A DNA stretch of 64,000 bases from Candidatus Eiseniibacteriota bacterium (GCA_963744995.1 CAVUWA010000004.1:32001-96000), one strand, 5' to 3'; shown: positions 1-10,833, counted from the first letter of the stretch. Made by a program: numbers and translations. Notes: generated by a model not told the origin, from the sequence alone.

Positions 1-1104
1 GCGGAGATCCAGGCCGTCACCTACCACGAGTTCCTGCCGGCCCTGCTCGGCCCGCACGCGCTGCCGAAATACGACGGCTACAGACCGGCCATCGACCCTA
101 CGATCGGGACGGAATTCGCGACGGCCGCCTACCGCATGGGCCACACGCTGCTGTCACCTCAACTCCTGCGCCTGGACGAGAACCTGAATCCGATTTCTCA
201 GGGCGACCTGCCGCTCCAGGACGCGTTCTTCTCGCCGGCGACGTTCGTGGCAGGCGGCGGTCCGGATCCCCTGCTGCGTGGCCTGGCGAACCAGCAGGCT
301 CAGAACTTCGATTGCTACGTGGTGGATGGGCTGCGGAACTTCCTGTTCGGGCCGCCCGGTGCCGGAGGCTTCGATCTGGCGTCGCTCAATCTGCAGCGTG
401 GCCGCGATCATGGAATTCCCCGGTACAACGACCTGCGCGAGGCGCTGGGAATGCCGCGCGCCACGTCATTCGCGGACATTTCTTCCGATCCGGAGATCCA
501 GGCCCGCTTCGCCAGCGTCTATGCGTCCGTAGACGACGTGGACGCCTGGATCGGCATCATCTCGGAGGATCATCACCCGGGCGCGGTCGTGGGCGAGCTC
601 GCGTTCAGAATCCTCCGGGATCAGTTCGAGCGGCTGCGCGACGGCGATCGCTTCTGGTACGAGAATGTGCTGCCGCGGCACCTGGAGGCGTACGTCGAGC
701 GGCAGACCCTCGCCGACATCATCCGTCGCAATACGGGGATCGGGAGGGAGCTGCAGAACGACGTGTTCCGCGTGCCGATGCCGCGGCGCATCGCGGGAAC
801 TCCCGTCGCTCAGGTCGGCGGAGGATTCGCGGTCGGCCAGCCGTACCCGAACCCCACCCGCGGCGCGGTGAACTTCGGCATCGCCGTTCCAGCGGGGGTA
901 TCGCAGACCGTCGACGCTGCGGTGTTCGACGTGCAGGGCCGCAAGGTGAAGACGCTGCTGCGGGAATCGCTCTCCGGCGGCACGCACCGGGTCTCGTGGG
1001 ACCGCACCGACGAGGCGGGGCGACTCGTGACGCGCGGCATCTACTTCCTGCGCGTTCGGGCCGGCCGCTTTGCCGCGACGAAGAGAGTCCTGGTGATCGG
1101 GTAG
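1..1104 (+). CDS. Animal-type heme peroxidase (peroxidase-cyclooxygenase superfamily) with C-terminal FlgD/T9SS-like domain; 5' partial
   Basis: Frame is open from base 1 (AEIQAVTYHEFLPALLG...EFATAAYRMGH with proximal His, DLASLNLQRGRDHG, QFERLRDGDRFWYE). Tail PYPNP...VFDVQGRKV...WDRTD...GIYFLRV. Confidence 0.9.
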   Translation, partial: AEIQAVTYHEFLPALLGPHALPKYDGYRPAIDPTIGTEFATAAYRMGHTLLSPQLLRLDENLNPISQGDLPLQDAFFSPATFVAGGGPDPLLRGLANQQAQNFDCYVVDGLRNFLFGPPGAGGFDLASLNLQRGRDHGIPRYNDLREALGMPRATSFADISSDPEIQARFASVYASVDDVDAWIGIISEDHHPGAVVGELAFRILRDQFERLRDGDRFWYENVLPRHLEAYVERQTLADIIRRNTGIGRELQNDVFRVPMPRRIAGTPVAQVGGGFAVGQPYPNPTRGAVNFGIAVPAGVSQTVDAAVFDVQGRKVKTLLRESLSGGTHRVSWDRTDEAGRLVTRGIYFLRVRAGRFAATKRVLVIG

Positions 1105-1200
1105 CATCGCGGCACGCGTGAAACGGCGCGAACGGAGCCGACGGTCGGGGCCGGTGAGATGCCGCAGGTTTGCGGGCGCCCGGGGCGCGAGGAGGATCGA

Positions 1201-1992
1201 ATGGGCCCAACGCGCGAATTCGACGAGGTTCCCGACCTCGAGCTCCATCAGATGGACCCGACCGGCCGCTTCACGGAGCGGGCGGCCGCCTACGCGCGCT
1301 TCCGCCCGGACTATCCGCCGCCGGCGTGGGACGCGGTGCTCGAGGGATTGGGCGATCCGGCGACGCTCACCGCCGCCGACATCGGCGCCGGCACCGGCAT
1401 CTCGTCGCGCGCGCTCGCGGCGCGCGGTTTGCGGGTGATCGCGATCGAGCCCAACGCCGCGATGCGGGAAGCGGCGACGCCCGCACCGCGTGTCGAGTGG
1501 CGCGAGGGCACGGCGGAAGCGACGCGGCTGCCGGACGGCAGCGTGCATCTCGTCGTCTGCGCGCAGGCCTTCCACTGGTTCCACCAGCCGGAGGCGATCG
1601 CCGAATTCCATCGCGTGCTGCGGCCGGGCGGGCGGCTGGCGCTGGTGTGGAACGGCCGCGACCGTGACGACCCCCTGACGCGTGGCTACGTCGAAGCGCT
1701 GCACGCGGTGAACGGCGAGCATCCGGCGGAAATGCGTCCGTTCGATGCATCGGTGATCGCCGCGGGCGGGCACTTCGGGCCGCCACGATTGCTGCAGTTC
1801 GAACACCGGCAGGAGATGAGCCTCGAAGGATTCATCGGCCGAGCCGTCAGCGCGTCCTACGTTCCCAACCGCGGCCCCGCGCATGAACGGCTGGTCGCGC
1901 TCCTCACCGATCTGTTCGAGCGCCGCCGTGACACGCGCGGGCGCGCGGCGATGAAGTACGAAACGCGCGTGTGGCTCGCGGAGCGGCGGTAG
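1201..1992 (+). CDS. Class I SAM-dependent methyltransferase
   Basis: DIGAGTG motif I, IEPNAAMR, AQAFHWF, RVLRPGG. GAGGAGG RBS before ATG 1201. Confidence 0.88.
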   Translation: MGPTREFDEVPDLELHQMDPTGRFTERAAAYARFRPDYPPPAWDAVLEGLGDPATLTAADIGAGTGISSRALAARGLRVIAIEPNAAMREAATPAPRVEWREGTAEATRLPDGSVHLVVCAQAFHWFHQPEAIAEFHRVLRPGGRLALVWNGRDRDDPLTRGYVEALHAVNGEHPAEMRPFDASVIAAGGHFGPPRLLQFEHRQEMSLEGFIGRAVSASYVPNRGPAHERLVALLTDLFERRRDTRGRAAMKYETRVWLAERR

Positions 1993-2140
1993 CGATCGAG
2001 CGTCTCCACCCGGACTCGTACGTTCGGGGCCGGCCCGCCCGCTTCGTCACGATGCCGCCGGCGTCGCGACTCTTCCGGCCCGTTTCGCGCCGACGGGGCC
2101 GCGGCCGGGTGCGTGCCTCATCGTCTCGGCCGCCCCGATC

Positions 2141-3105
2141 TCACGGTGCGATGAAACGCATCAGCACCGGATAGGTCACGGCGGGATTTCCCCGACCTGC
2201 TCGGGGTCCACGATGTCGTGACTGAGGTGGAGCCCGACCGGGAACTCGAAGGTCCGGACGTCGCGCGTACCGTGCTCGCGCCACGCGCGCACGAGCGCGT
2301 CGGCCGCCCCGTTGTCGGCCGCGATGTCACCGCCGACGGTGACCATCACCAGCGACCGGCACGCGGGCGGCCTGCGTGCCGCGGCGGCGCGGACGGCGGC
2401 GCCCACCCGCATGGTGGCGGCGATCGAGCGCGTGGCGAAGCGCGGGTAGACGTGCCGGGGGCCGGGGAGATCCTGCTTGCGTTGGTCGTCCCACCAGACG
2501 AACGCGTTCGGCAACGCGCCGGCAAGGCGCGTCAGGAACGCGGTGGGGCGCGGGCCCGGCGCACGGGCCCAGCCGATCATCGGCGCGATGACCACGGCGC
2601 GCCCCACGTCCGCGCGCTCCTCCCCGGCCCACGCGGCCAGCACGCCACCGATCGAAAGCCCCGCGACGATCACCGTATCGCCGAGACCCGCAGCGGCGTC
2701 GAGCACGCGGTCGGTGAACACGCACAGCTCGCCCGCCCTCATGCGCTCGAGCGCATCGGTCATGCGGTCGGCGCAGCCATGGTGGGGGAGGCGCGGCACG
2801 AATACGTTGGCGCCGGTGGCATACGCAAGACGCGCGAGCGAATCGCACTGGGCCGGACAGTTGGTGAGACCGTGCAGCAGCACCACGACCCGGCTGGCGC
2901 GTGCGCCGTGGTCGAGCAGCCGCGTACGGCATTCGGAGGCGATCGCGGCGGAGTCGCCGGCACGGAGCGAGTCGATCAGTCGCAGGGCGTCCTCGTGGCC
3001 GGCGACCGGATGCGGGTGCGAGCCGAGCCCGGTGGGCGCGAGCGGTCGCGAGAGGAACGCCGCGGCCGCCGCCATCAGGGCCACGAGGGCCGCCAGCACC
3101 ACCAT
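2141..3105 (-). CDS. Alpha/beta hydrolase (esterase/lipase-like) with N-terminal signal anchor; apparent 1-nt frameshift near the 3' end
   Basis: LLHGLT oxyanion motif, GLSIGG nucleophile elbow, C-terminal HD. The ORF stops at 2176, but one more G in the GGGG run (2190-2193) gives ...VGGNPAVTYPVLMRFIAP* ending at 2141. Start may be GTG 3118 (see findings). Confidence 0.8.
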
Positions 3106-3379
3106 CGAGTCGCTTCACGGTGGCGCATGATAGGAGAGACGCTGCAGCCGGCGAAGCCGGAATCGTCAGGGAGCGGCGTGCTTCGGGCTGCAGCCATTCC
3201 GGCCGGTCATCTCCGGAGGATTCGGATGCCCACGACTGTCGGCGCGGGACGCCTCCGGCCAATTTTGCAGGCCCGTGGTGCTGGCAGGGCCGCCTGCCCG
3301 GGCGAGCCCCCCTCGCTGGGCCTCCGTCAGCTCGCAGATCCGCACGGGGTTAGAGCAAGGCATCGCCGGTCCGTGCGTG

Positions 3380-3395
3380 TGGCACGGAACTGGCG
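3380..3395 (+). promoter_or_regulatory. Candidate sigma-54 (-24/-12) promoter
   Basis: TGGCACGGAACTGGCG: GG-N10-GC with TGGCACG core, about 80 nt upstream of the GGDEF-EAL gene. Confidence 0.45.
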
Positions 3396-3475
3396 TGTGC
3401 CATGCGACATGGAGTCGGCGCCGCTGTGGCCGTGATCCGCTCGCGCGGTCGGGCGTGGCGCCGGGAGGAGCAGGG

Positions 3476-5263
3476 ATGCGCACGATCGGTGACCAGCGCT
3501 CCGGAGCCCGCGATTCATACCATCCGGGCACTCGCGCGGGGGAATCGCCGCATGCCCCCGGCGCGGATGAGATGCTGCGCGTCCTGCGCGAGGAGCGGGC
3601 GCGCTTCGAGATCGCTTTCAACAGTGCGCCCATCGGCATGGCGCTCATCGCCATGGACGGCACGTGGCTGCAGGTCAACGACGCACTGTGCCGGATCACC
3701 GGGCACAGCGCAGAGGAGTTGCGTGCAACGACCCTGAGCGCGTTGACGCACGAGGACGATGCCGATCTGGACGCCCGCAACATGCAGCAGCTCCTCGCGG
3801 GCGACGTGCACACGTGCCAGGTCGAGAAACGTTTCCGGCACGTCCGCGGGCACGACGTGTGGGTTCTGGTCACGACCTCGATGGCCCGTGACGAGGGCGG
3901 CCGTCCCCTCTACATCGTCACCCAGGTCCAGGACATCTCCGTCCGGAAGGAGATGGCGCGGCGGCTGGAGTACGTCGCGGACCACGACTTCCTCACCGGG
4001 TTGCTCAACCGGCGCAATTTCGAGCTCGCGCTCGCTCGCGAGACCGAACGCGCCGCGCGCTACGGCGTACCCGGAGCCGTGCTGCTGATCGACATCGATG
4101 ATTTCAAGCACATCAACGACACCTTCGGCCACCGCGCGGGTGACGACGTGCTCAAGGGCGTGGCCGGGCTGCTCAGGCAGCGCCTGCGCCACACCGATAC
4201 CATCGCCAGGGTGGGCGGCGACGAGTTCGCGGTGATGCTTCCGCAGACAGACGCCGAACAGGTGCAGGTCGTGGCCGACGAAGTGGTCAAGGCGCTCGCC
4301 CGGGAGACGGCGATGCTCGCCGACGTGGAGATTCGTATCTCGGCCAGCGTGGGGGCGGTCATGTTCGACGGCCTGACCGATGTCGAGGTGCTCGCCTACG
4401 CCGATCTCGCCATGTACGAAGCGAAGGAGGCCGGACGCAACCGATTTCAGATGTACCGGCCGCATCGCGCAGGAAGGGACCGCGTCTCGACGCAACTCGC
4501 CGAGGCAGAGCGTATCCGCCACGCGCTCGAGGAAAACCGGCTGATCCTCCATTGCCAGCCGATCCGGGATCTCGCAACGAACGAGATCAGCCAGTACGAG
4601 CTGCTGCTGCGTCTTCCGGACGACGAGGGCGGCGAGCCGCTTCCGCCGAGCACGTTCCTGTCGCGGGCCGAACGTTCGGGGCTGATTCAGGCCATCGACG
4701 GCTGGGTGGCGCTCCAGGCGATCGAAACGATCGCCGAACACGCGCGGGCGGGACGCCACATCGTGCTCAACGTGAATTTGTCTGGCAAGTCGATCGGAGA
4801 CCGCAAGCTCGCGAGCCTCGTCGAGCGTGCGCTGACGGAGTTCCGGATCGCCCCCGCACAGTTGATCTTCGAACTGACGGAAACGGCCGCGATCTCGAAT
4901 TTCGATGAAGCGAAGGCCTTCGCGCTTCGATTGCATTCACGTGGCTGTCGCTTTGCGCTCGACGACTTCGGGGTCGGTTTCGGCTCCTTCTACTACCTCA
5001 AGAGTTTCCCATTCGACTATCTCAAGATCGACGGTGACTTCATTCGCGACCTCGCCGAGAGCCCGATGAACCAGCTCGTCGTCTCGGCCATCGTCAGCAT
5101 CGCCCGGGGGATGGGCAAGAAGACGGTCGCCGAGTTCGTCGCCGACGAGGAAGTTGCGGATCTGCTGCGCACGCTGGGTGTGGATCTTGCGCAGGGCTTC
5201 CACATCGGCATGCCCGGGCCGATCGCCGAGGTGTTGCATCAGCGGTCCTCGATCCGCACCTGA
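3476..5263 (+). CDS. PAS-GGDEF-EAL diguanylate cyclase/phosphodiesterase
   Basis: PAS (FNSAPIGMAL...VNDALCRITG), DFLTGLLNRR, ARVGGDEF, YELLLR, ELTET, DDFGVG, LKIDG, AQGF. GGAGGAG RBS. Confidence 0.93.
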   Translation: MRTIGDQRSGARDSYHPGTRAGESPHAPGADEMLRVLREERARFEIAFNSAPIGMALIAMDGTWLQVNDALCRITGHSAEELRATTLSALTHEDDADLDARNMQQLLAGDVHTCQVEKRFRHVRGHDVWVLVTTSMARDEGGRPLYIVTQVQDISVRKEMARRLEYVADHDFLTGLLNRRNFELALARETERAARYGVPGAVLLIDIDDFKHINDTFGHRAGDDVLKGVAGLLRQRLRHTDTIARVGGDEFAVMLPQTDAEQVQVVADEVVKALARETAMLADVEIRISASVGAVMFDGLTDVEVLAYADLAMYEAKEAGRNRFQMYRPHRAGRDRVSTQLAEAERIRHALEENRLILHCQPIRDLATNEISQYELLLRLPDDEGGEPLPPSTFLSRAERSGLIQAIDGWVALQAIETIAEHARAGRHIVLNVNLSGKSIGDRKLASLVERALTEFRIAPAQLIFELTETAAISNFDEAKAFALRLHSRGCRFALDDFGVGFGSFYYLKSFPFDYLKIDGDFIRDLAESPMNQLVVSAIVSIARGMGKKTVAEFVADEEVADLLRTLGVDLAQGFHIGMPGPIAEVLHQRSSIRT

Positions 5264-5389
5264 CGCGCGAGGTCGCGCCCCGGATACGTTTCCTCGAGAC
5301 GCACTCCGTGCGGCATGCGGCGTCTCGCTCCCGGGGGCGGCGTCGACCGATCCGTCACGTCCTGCGCCCGCCGGCCGGCCGCGCTCGGC

Positions 5390-5426
5390 AAAACGAAACG
5401 CGGGGCGTCGACCACCCGCCCCGCGT
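5390..5426 (-). terminator. Intrinsic terminator of gdhA
   Basis: 10-bp stem ACGCGGGGCG/CGCCCCGCGT (5398-5426) followed on the minus strand by a T-rich tail. Confidence 0.7.
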
Positions 5427-5448
5427 GCGGCACGTCCTCTTCGAGCGG

Positions 5449-6861
5449 CTAGACCAGCCCCTCATCCATCATCGCGTTTGCGACCTTGAGGAATCCGGCG
5501 ATGTTGGCGCCGTTGACGTAGTTCCCCGGCGTCCCGTAGTCGGCCGCGGTCTCGTAGCAGCTCTTGTGGATGGCGATCATGATCCGGTGCAGGCGATCGT
5601 CGACCTCCTCGCGCGTCCACGCCAGCCGCATGTTGTTCTGCGACATCTCGAGGCCGGAGGTGGCCACACCGCCGGCGTTCGCGGCCTTGGCGGGCCCGTA
5701 GAGCAGCCCCGCGTCGAGATAGATCCTGATCGCGTCGATGGTGCTCGGCATGTTGGCGCCTTCCGCCACCAGCGTCACACCGTTCTTCACCATGTGACCC
5801 GCGTCCTTCGCGCCGATCTCGTTCTGGGTCGCGCTCGGGAACGCGCAGTCGGCCTTCACGTTCCACAGCGGGTTGTAGTCGAGGGCCGGATCCGCCGGCG
5901 TGTACTTCACGCCCTTGAACTGATCCGCGTACTCGCGGATGCGGCCGCGGCGCGCGTTCTTGAGCTCCATCACCCAGGCCAGCTTCTCGCGATCGATACC
6001 GGCCTCGTCCACGATGAAGCCGTCCGAGTCGCTGAGCGTGATCGGCTTCGCGCCCATGTCGAGCAACTTCTCGACGGTGTACTGGGAGACGTTACCGCTG
6101 CCCGATACCAGGCAGACCTTGCCTTCGAGCGACTTGCCGGCCGCCTTCATCATTTCGTGCGCGAAGTACACCGTGCCGTAGCCCGTGGCCTCCGGGCGGA
6201 TCAGCGAGCCGCCCCAGTTGAGGCCCTTGCCCGTGAGCACGCCGGTGAATTCGTTCTTCAGGCGCTTGTACTGGCCGAACAGATAGCCGATCTCGCGTCC
6301 GCCGACGCCGATGTCGCCGGCCGGCACGTCGGTGTTGGGTCCGATGTGGCGCTGCAGCTCGGTCATGAAGCTCTGGCAGAAACGCATCACTTCCGCGTCG
6401 CTCTTGCCCTTGGGGTCGAAGTCCGAGCCGCCCTTGCCGCCGCCCATGGGCAACGTCGTGAGCGAGTTCTTGAACACCTGCTCGAACGCGAGGAACTTCA
6501 GGATGCCGAGGTTCACCGAGGGATGAAAGCGCAGCCCGCCCTTGTACGGGCCGATCGCGCTGTTCATCTCGATGCGGAAGCCGCGGTTCACCTGCACGTC
6601 GCCGCGGTCGTCCTGCCACGGGACGCGGAACATCACCACGCGCTCGGGCTCCACGATGCGTTCCAGCAATCGCACGGACTGGTATTCGGGATGCCGCTCG
6701 AGCGCCGGCACCAGCGAATCGAACACCTCGGTCACGGCCTGATGGAATTCCGGCTCTGCGGGGTTCTTGGCCTTCACCCCATCGATTACGGTCGAAACGT
6801 ATTCCTTCATCATCGTCGACTTCTTGATTCCAGGCGGGGTCGCCACGGATATGGCGGTCAT
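5449..6861 (-). CDS. gdhA: NADP-specific glutamate dehydrogenase
   Basis: EPEFHQAV, GPYKGGLRFHP, KNSLTTLPMGGGKGG, DVPAGDIGVG, RPEATGYG, SGSGNV, KAANAGGV. AAGGAG RBS before ATG 6861. Confidence 0.96.
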   Translation of the reverse strand: MTAISVATPPGIKKSTMMKEYVSTVIDGVKAKNPAEPEFHQAVTEVFDSLVPALERHPEYQSVRLLERIVEPERVVMFRVPWQDDRGDVQVNRGFRIEMNSAIGPYKGGLRFHPSVNLGILKFLAFEQVFKNSLTTLPMGGGKGGSDFDPKGKSDAEVMRFCQSFMTELQRHIGPNTDVPAGDIGVGGREIGYLFGQYKRLKNEFTGVLTGKGLNWGGSLIRPEATGYGTVYFAHEMMKAAGKSLEGKVCLVSGSGNVSQYTVEKLLDMGAKPITLSDSDGFIVDEAGIDREKLAWVMELKNARRGRIREYADQFKGVKYTPADPALDYNPLWNVKADCAFPSATQNEIGAKDAGHMVKNGVTLVAEGANMPSTIDAIRIYLDAGLLYGPAKAANAGGVATSGLEMSQNNMRLAWTREEVDDRLHRIMIAIHKSCYETAADYGTPGNYVNGANIAGFLKVANAMMDEGLV

Positions 6862-6903
6862 ACACAGGCTCCTTTCCGGGCACCTCGAAGGGCCCGACAC
6901 CCA

Positions 6904-6919
6904 TGCAACCGGTGCGCCA
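6904..6919 (-). promoter_or_regulatory. Candidate sigma-54 promoter of gdhA
   Basis: TGGCGCACCGGTTGCA on the minus strand, near-consensus TGGCAC-N5-TTGCA, 42 nt upstream of the start. Confidence 0.65.
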
Positions 6920-7466
6920 GCGAACGCGGCATGGAACGGTGTGATCGCGTCCTCCGATTCCACGTGACGGCGGCCTGGCCGGAGGCGCCCGCCATGCGTG
7001 CGTGTGGCCGTTGCCGCAACGAGTTCGGCGGTTGCCGCGCGGTCCACGAGGCGTCCCTCCGGGCGGAGCCGCCGCGGCCGCCGTGGCCAGGTCGCGCTCG
7101 GGTCGGAGTGGGGCGTGCTGTCAGCATGACAGGCGACCGGCGGTGTGGTCAGCCCCGCCGAGGTCCGCAAGCGGGCCCGGCCGGCCGCGGCGCCGCGTCG
7201 TGCCTCGCGCCGAGTCGAGCGCTCCGGGCGACCGGCGGCGGCCCCGCGTCACCGGGGGCGGGGCCGGATCGCCCGCGGCCGGTGTCGTCCGGGTGGCGCA
7301 CGGGGTCCGGTCGCCCCGGGAGCGCCGGCGCCCGCGTCGACCGGGCGCACTCGCACGGCCGGTCGACGTTCATCGCGCGACGCCGTGCTACCATGCGTGC
7401 CATCCGCCTCGCGCCGCGCATCGTGCCGCCGTTCTCGCCCCGATCCTTCCCCGCCGGAGGACGTCC

Positions 7467-8025
7467 ATGCTCCTCATCGCATTCGGTGTCGTCGTCGTGG
7501 TGGTCCTCGTGCTCGCCGGCATCTACAACGGCCTCGTCGGGCTGCGCAATCGCGCGCAGGCGGCATGGGCCGACGTCGAGGTGCAGCTCAAGCGACGCCA
7601 TGATCTGGTCGGCAATCTGGTCGAAACCGTCAAGGGCTACGCGAAGCACGAGCGGCAGACGCTCGAGCAGGTGATCGAGGCGCGCGGCCGTGCGATGGGA
7701 GCGGTGGGGGTCGGCGGGCCGGCCGCGACGGGGCAGGCCGAGAACGCGCTGACTTCGACGCTGCGCTCGCTGTTCGCGCTCGCCGAAGTCGTATCCGGAT
7801 CTCAAGGCCAACCAGAATTTCCAGGACCTGCAGCGCTCGCTCGAATCCCTCGAGACGGACATCCAGAGCGCGCGACGCTACTACAACGCCGTGGTGCGCG
7901 ACTTCAACACGAAGATCCAGTCGGTGCCCGACGTGTTCGTGGCGCGGATGTTCGGTTTCAAGGAGCGCGACTTCTTCGAGCTCGAGGATCGCGCGGAGGC
8001 CGAGCCTCCGAAGGTGCAGTTCTAG
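7467..8025 (+). CDS. lemA: LemA family protein, split by a +1 frameshift at about 7786 (assembly error or pseudogene)
   Basis: TM + YNGLVGLRN...AWADVEVQLKRRHDLVGNLVETVKGYAKHE. Removing one A in GAAG restores ESYPDLKANQNF...ARRYYN...PKVQF*. GGAGG RBS. Confidence 0.88.
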
Positions 8026-9780
8026 ATGAGGCCCTTCGCGTGCGCCGCGGCGCTCGCGGCGCTGCTGCTCGCCGGCATGGACGCGTCGCCCGCCGCCGCC
8101 GATCTCGGCGGCTACGTGATCCGCGGCTTCGACACGCAGATCACGGTCGAGGCGAACTCCGACATCGAGGTGATGGAGCGCATCGAAGTCGAGTTCAGCG
8201 AGCCGCGTCACGGCATCTACCGCACGATCCCGGTGCGCTACAACGATCCCCGCGGTTTCGTCTACACGCTGGGGGTGCGCGTGCAGAGCGTCACGGACGA
8301 AGCCGGGAAGCGCTTCCACACCCGGGTCTCCGACGCCGGTCGCTACATGAAGATCCGCATCGGCGATCCCGACCGCATGGTCCAGGGCCGCATGACCTAC
8401 GTGATCCGCTACCGCGTCCGCGACGCGCTCGGGCACTTCCCCGATCACGACGAGATCTACTGGAACGCCACCGGCAACGAATGGGCGACGACCATCGGCC
8501 GCGCCACCGCGACCGTGCGGCTGCCTGCGCCGCTCGAGGCCGGGGAAACGCAGGCGGCCGGCTACACGGGGGTCGCCGGCAGCCGCGAGCGCGCGGTGAC
8601 GATCTCGCATCCCGAGCCGGGCGTCGTGCGCTTCGAGTCGGAGCGGGGCTTCCTGCCTCTGGAGGGCATGACCGTCGCGATCGGCTGGCCGATCGGGCAC
8701 GTGCACTTCCCGTCGGTATGGGAGCGGGCGTGGCGCCTGATCGCCGACAACTGGATCGTGCTGCTGCCGCTCGTGTGGCTGGGCTTCCTGATCCGGCGTT
8801 ACCGCATGGTCGGCCGCGACCCCGACCCGAACGCGCCGGTGATGGTGCAGTACGAGCCGCCGCCGGGGCTCACGCCGGGCGGTGTGGGAACGCTGATCGA
8901 CGAGACGGTGGACCCGGCCGACATCACGGCGACGGTGGTCCACCTGGCGATCCGGCGCCATCTCACGATCCGCATCGAGGAGCGCAAACAGCTGTTCGGC
9001 ATTCTCAAGCGCGAGGAGACCGTGTTCAGACGCGAGAGCCCGCCGGCCGGCGACGCGCTCCTCCCGCACGAGCGCAAGGTCATGGACGCGCTGTTCGAGA
9101 GTGGCGACGAAGTGGATGCCGGCGATCTGGCGAACAAGTTCTACGCGTCCATTCCCGGCATCCGGACCGCCCTGTATCGGACGCTCGTGGAGCGACGCTA
9201 TTTCGACTCGTCACCCGAAGACGTGCGCACCCGCTACGTGCTGTACGGGCTCGCCGCCGGCCTGGCGACCGCGCTCTTCGGCGCAGGCTGGATGGCGCTG
9301 CGCGGCATCGGCACGCCGCCGCTGGTGCTCGTGCCGGCGGTCGCCGGGCTCCTCACGTGGGCCGTGTTCGGCGCGTTCGCGAACGCGATGCCGCGCCGGA
9401 CCGAGGCCGGCGTGCGGGCGCGGCAATGGGCGCTCGGTTTCCAGGAATACGCGCGCCGCGTCGAGGGCGACCGGCTGGAGCGCTCGGCCACGAGTCCGCG
9501 CGAGGCGTTCGAAACGCTGCTGCCCTATGCGATGGCGCTCGGGGTCGCACAGAACTGGGCGCGGCGCTTCGAAGGCATCTACGCGGAGAGTCAGCCGGGC
9601 TGGTTCTCGGGGCCGCACGTGGGGCAGGGCTTCTCGACCCGGGCGTTCGAGCACAGTCTGTCTTCGGCGATGACGCGCACCAGCCAGACCATGACCGCTT
9701 CGCCGCGCTCGTCCAGCGGCTCGGGCGGCGGCGGCTCGTCGGGTGGCGGCGGTGGCGGCGGCGGCGGCGGCTCGTGGTGA
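8026..9780 (+). CDS. DUF2207 domain membrane protein (usual LemA partner)
   Basis: Signal peptide, HGIYRTIP, EIYWNATG, TM helices, LLPYAMALG, Gly-rich C-terminus GGGGGGSW. Starts immediately after the lemA stop. Confidence 0.88.
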   Translation: MRPFACAAALAALLLAGMDASPAAADLGGYVIRGFDTQITVEANSDIEVMERIEVEFSEPRHGIYRTIPVRYNDPRGFVYTLGVRVQSVTDEAGKRFHTRVSDAGRYMKIRIGDPDRMVQGRMTYVIRYRVRDALGHFPDHDEIYWNATGNEWATTIGRATATVRLPAPLEAGETQAAGYTGVAGSRERAVTISHPEPGVVRFESERGFLPLEGMTVAIGWPIGHVHFPSVWERAWRLIADNWIVLLPLVWLGFLIRRYRMVGRDPDPNAPVMVQYEPPPGLTPGGVGTLIDETVDPADITATVVHLAIRRHLTIRIEERKQLFGILKREETVFRRESPPAGDALLPHERKVMDALFESGDEVDAGDLANKFYASIPGIRTALYRTLVERRYFDSSPEDVRTRYVLYGLAAGLATALFGAGWMALRGIGTPPLVLVPAVAGLLTWAVFGAFANAMPRRTEAGVRARQWALGFQEYARRVEGDRLERSATSPREAFETLLPYAMALGVAQNWARRFEGIYAESQPGWFSGPHVGQGFSTRAFEHSLSSAMTRTSQTMTASPRSSSGSGGGGSSGGGGGGGGGGSW

Positions 9781-9898
9781 GCCGCGCGCGGCGGTGACGC
9801 GCGGCGCATCGAGCGGGCGACGCGCCACGCCCGGATTCATAACGTATCGACCCGTCAACCGGCGCCCGCGCCCGGCCTTCCGGTTCGCGTCCCGGCGA

Positions 9899-10636
9899 CT
9901 ACGACATGCGCCGGATGCGCACCTCGACGCCCTTCACCCCTTTCATGAGGTCGAGGAGCCTGCGCGTGTCGGTCGAGCCGAAGTGGTAGGGGTAGAGCAC
10001 CTTCGGCATGAACGCCTGCGCCGCGTCCGCGACCATCTCCGGCGTCATCGTGTACGGCAGGTTCATGGGCAGGAAGGCGACGTCGATGTGCTTCAGCGCC
10101 TTCATCTCGGGTGTGTTCTCGGTGTCCCCGGCGACGTAGACGCGCTTGTCGCCGAACGTGATCACGTAGCCGTTGCCGGCGCCCTTCGGGTGGAACGCCT
10201 CGCCGTTGTCGCGCTTGTGAACGAGGTTGTACGCGGGCACCGCCTCAATGCGCAGGCCGTCGATCGTCTTCACGTCGCCGTTCTTCATCACGATGCCGCC
10301 GTCGATTTCCTTCGCACAGCGCCCGGTGAGCACGACGACCGTCGAGTCGGTGCGGATTGCGGCAACGGCCTTCGGATCGAGGTGGTCCTGGTGCTCGTGC
10401 GTGATCAGCACCAGGTCGGCCTTCGGGAGGGTGGAGTAGTCGGCCAGCCGGCCCCAGGGATCGACGTGAATCACGCGCCCGCCGTAGCGGAACATCAGCG
10501 TGCCGTGGCCGATGAAGGTCATTTCCAGGTCGCCCCCGGACGTGTGGATCGTATCCACCTCGAACGGTTCCTTCGCGTCGAGCTTCGCGGGAACGGTCAT
10601 GGCGAGCAGCAGGAGCAGCAGATGGGTGGAGCGCAT
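9899..10636 (-). CDS. Secreted metallo-beta-lactamase-fold hydrolase
   Basis: Signal peptide, GHGT, THEHQDH, YVAGDT, LPMNLPYTM, YPYH. GGAGG RBS. Confidence 0.9.
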   Translation of the reverse strand: MRSTHLLLLLLAMTVPAKLDAKEPFEVDTIHTSGGDLEMTFIGHGTLMFRYGGRVIHVDPWGRLADYSTLPKADLVLITHEHQDHLDPKAVAAIRTDSTVVVLTGRCAKEIDGGIVMKNGDVKTIDGLRIEAVPAYNLVHKRDNGEAFHPKGAGNGYVITFGDKRVYVAGDTENTPEMKALKHIDVAFLPMNLPYTMTPEMVADAAQAFMPKVLYPYHFGSTDTRRLLDLMKGVKGVEVRIRRMS

Positions 10637-10833
10637 CTCGATCCTCCGCGGGAGGGGCAGCGAACGGCACGTCGAAAACCGCGGCCACGGACGCCCACAC
10701 CCTAAGCCGTCGGCGGCGTGGGCCTCAACCGTTGCCGCGCTGGCCCTCCGGGGGCGCAAACAACCCTCCCTCGCCGCCGCTGGCGGGCGTAGACTTTCTG
10801 GCAGGCCGCTTCAGATCCGCGGGAGGCCGCAAC

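Noticed and set aside
5308..7674. 788-aa plus-strand ORF
   Set aside because: Antisense shadow of gdhA. Stop-poor reverse frames are expected at this GC content, and it has no recognisable motifs.
9715..9777. GGC-rich tandem repeat
   Set aside because: Encodes the normal Gly-rich C-terminus of DUF2207 proteins.
7002..9797. 931-aa ORF spanning lemA and DUF2207
   Set aside because: Artefact of the lemA frameshift. Only residues encoded by 7467-7787 are LemA, the rest is off-frame Arg/Ala-rich sequence.
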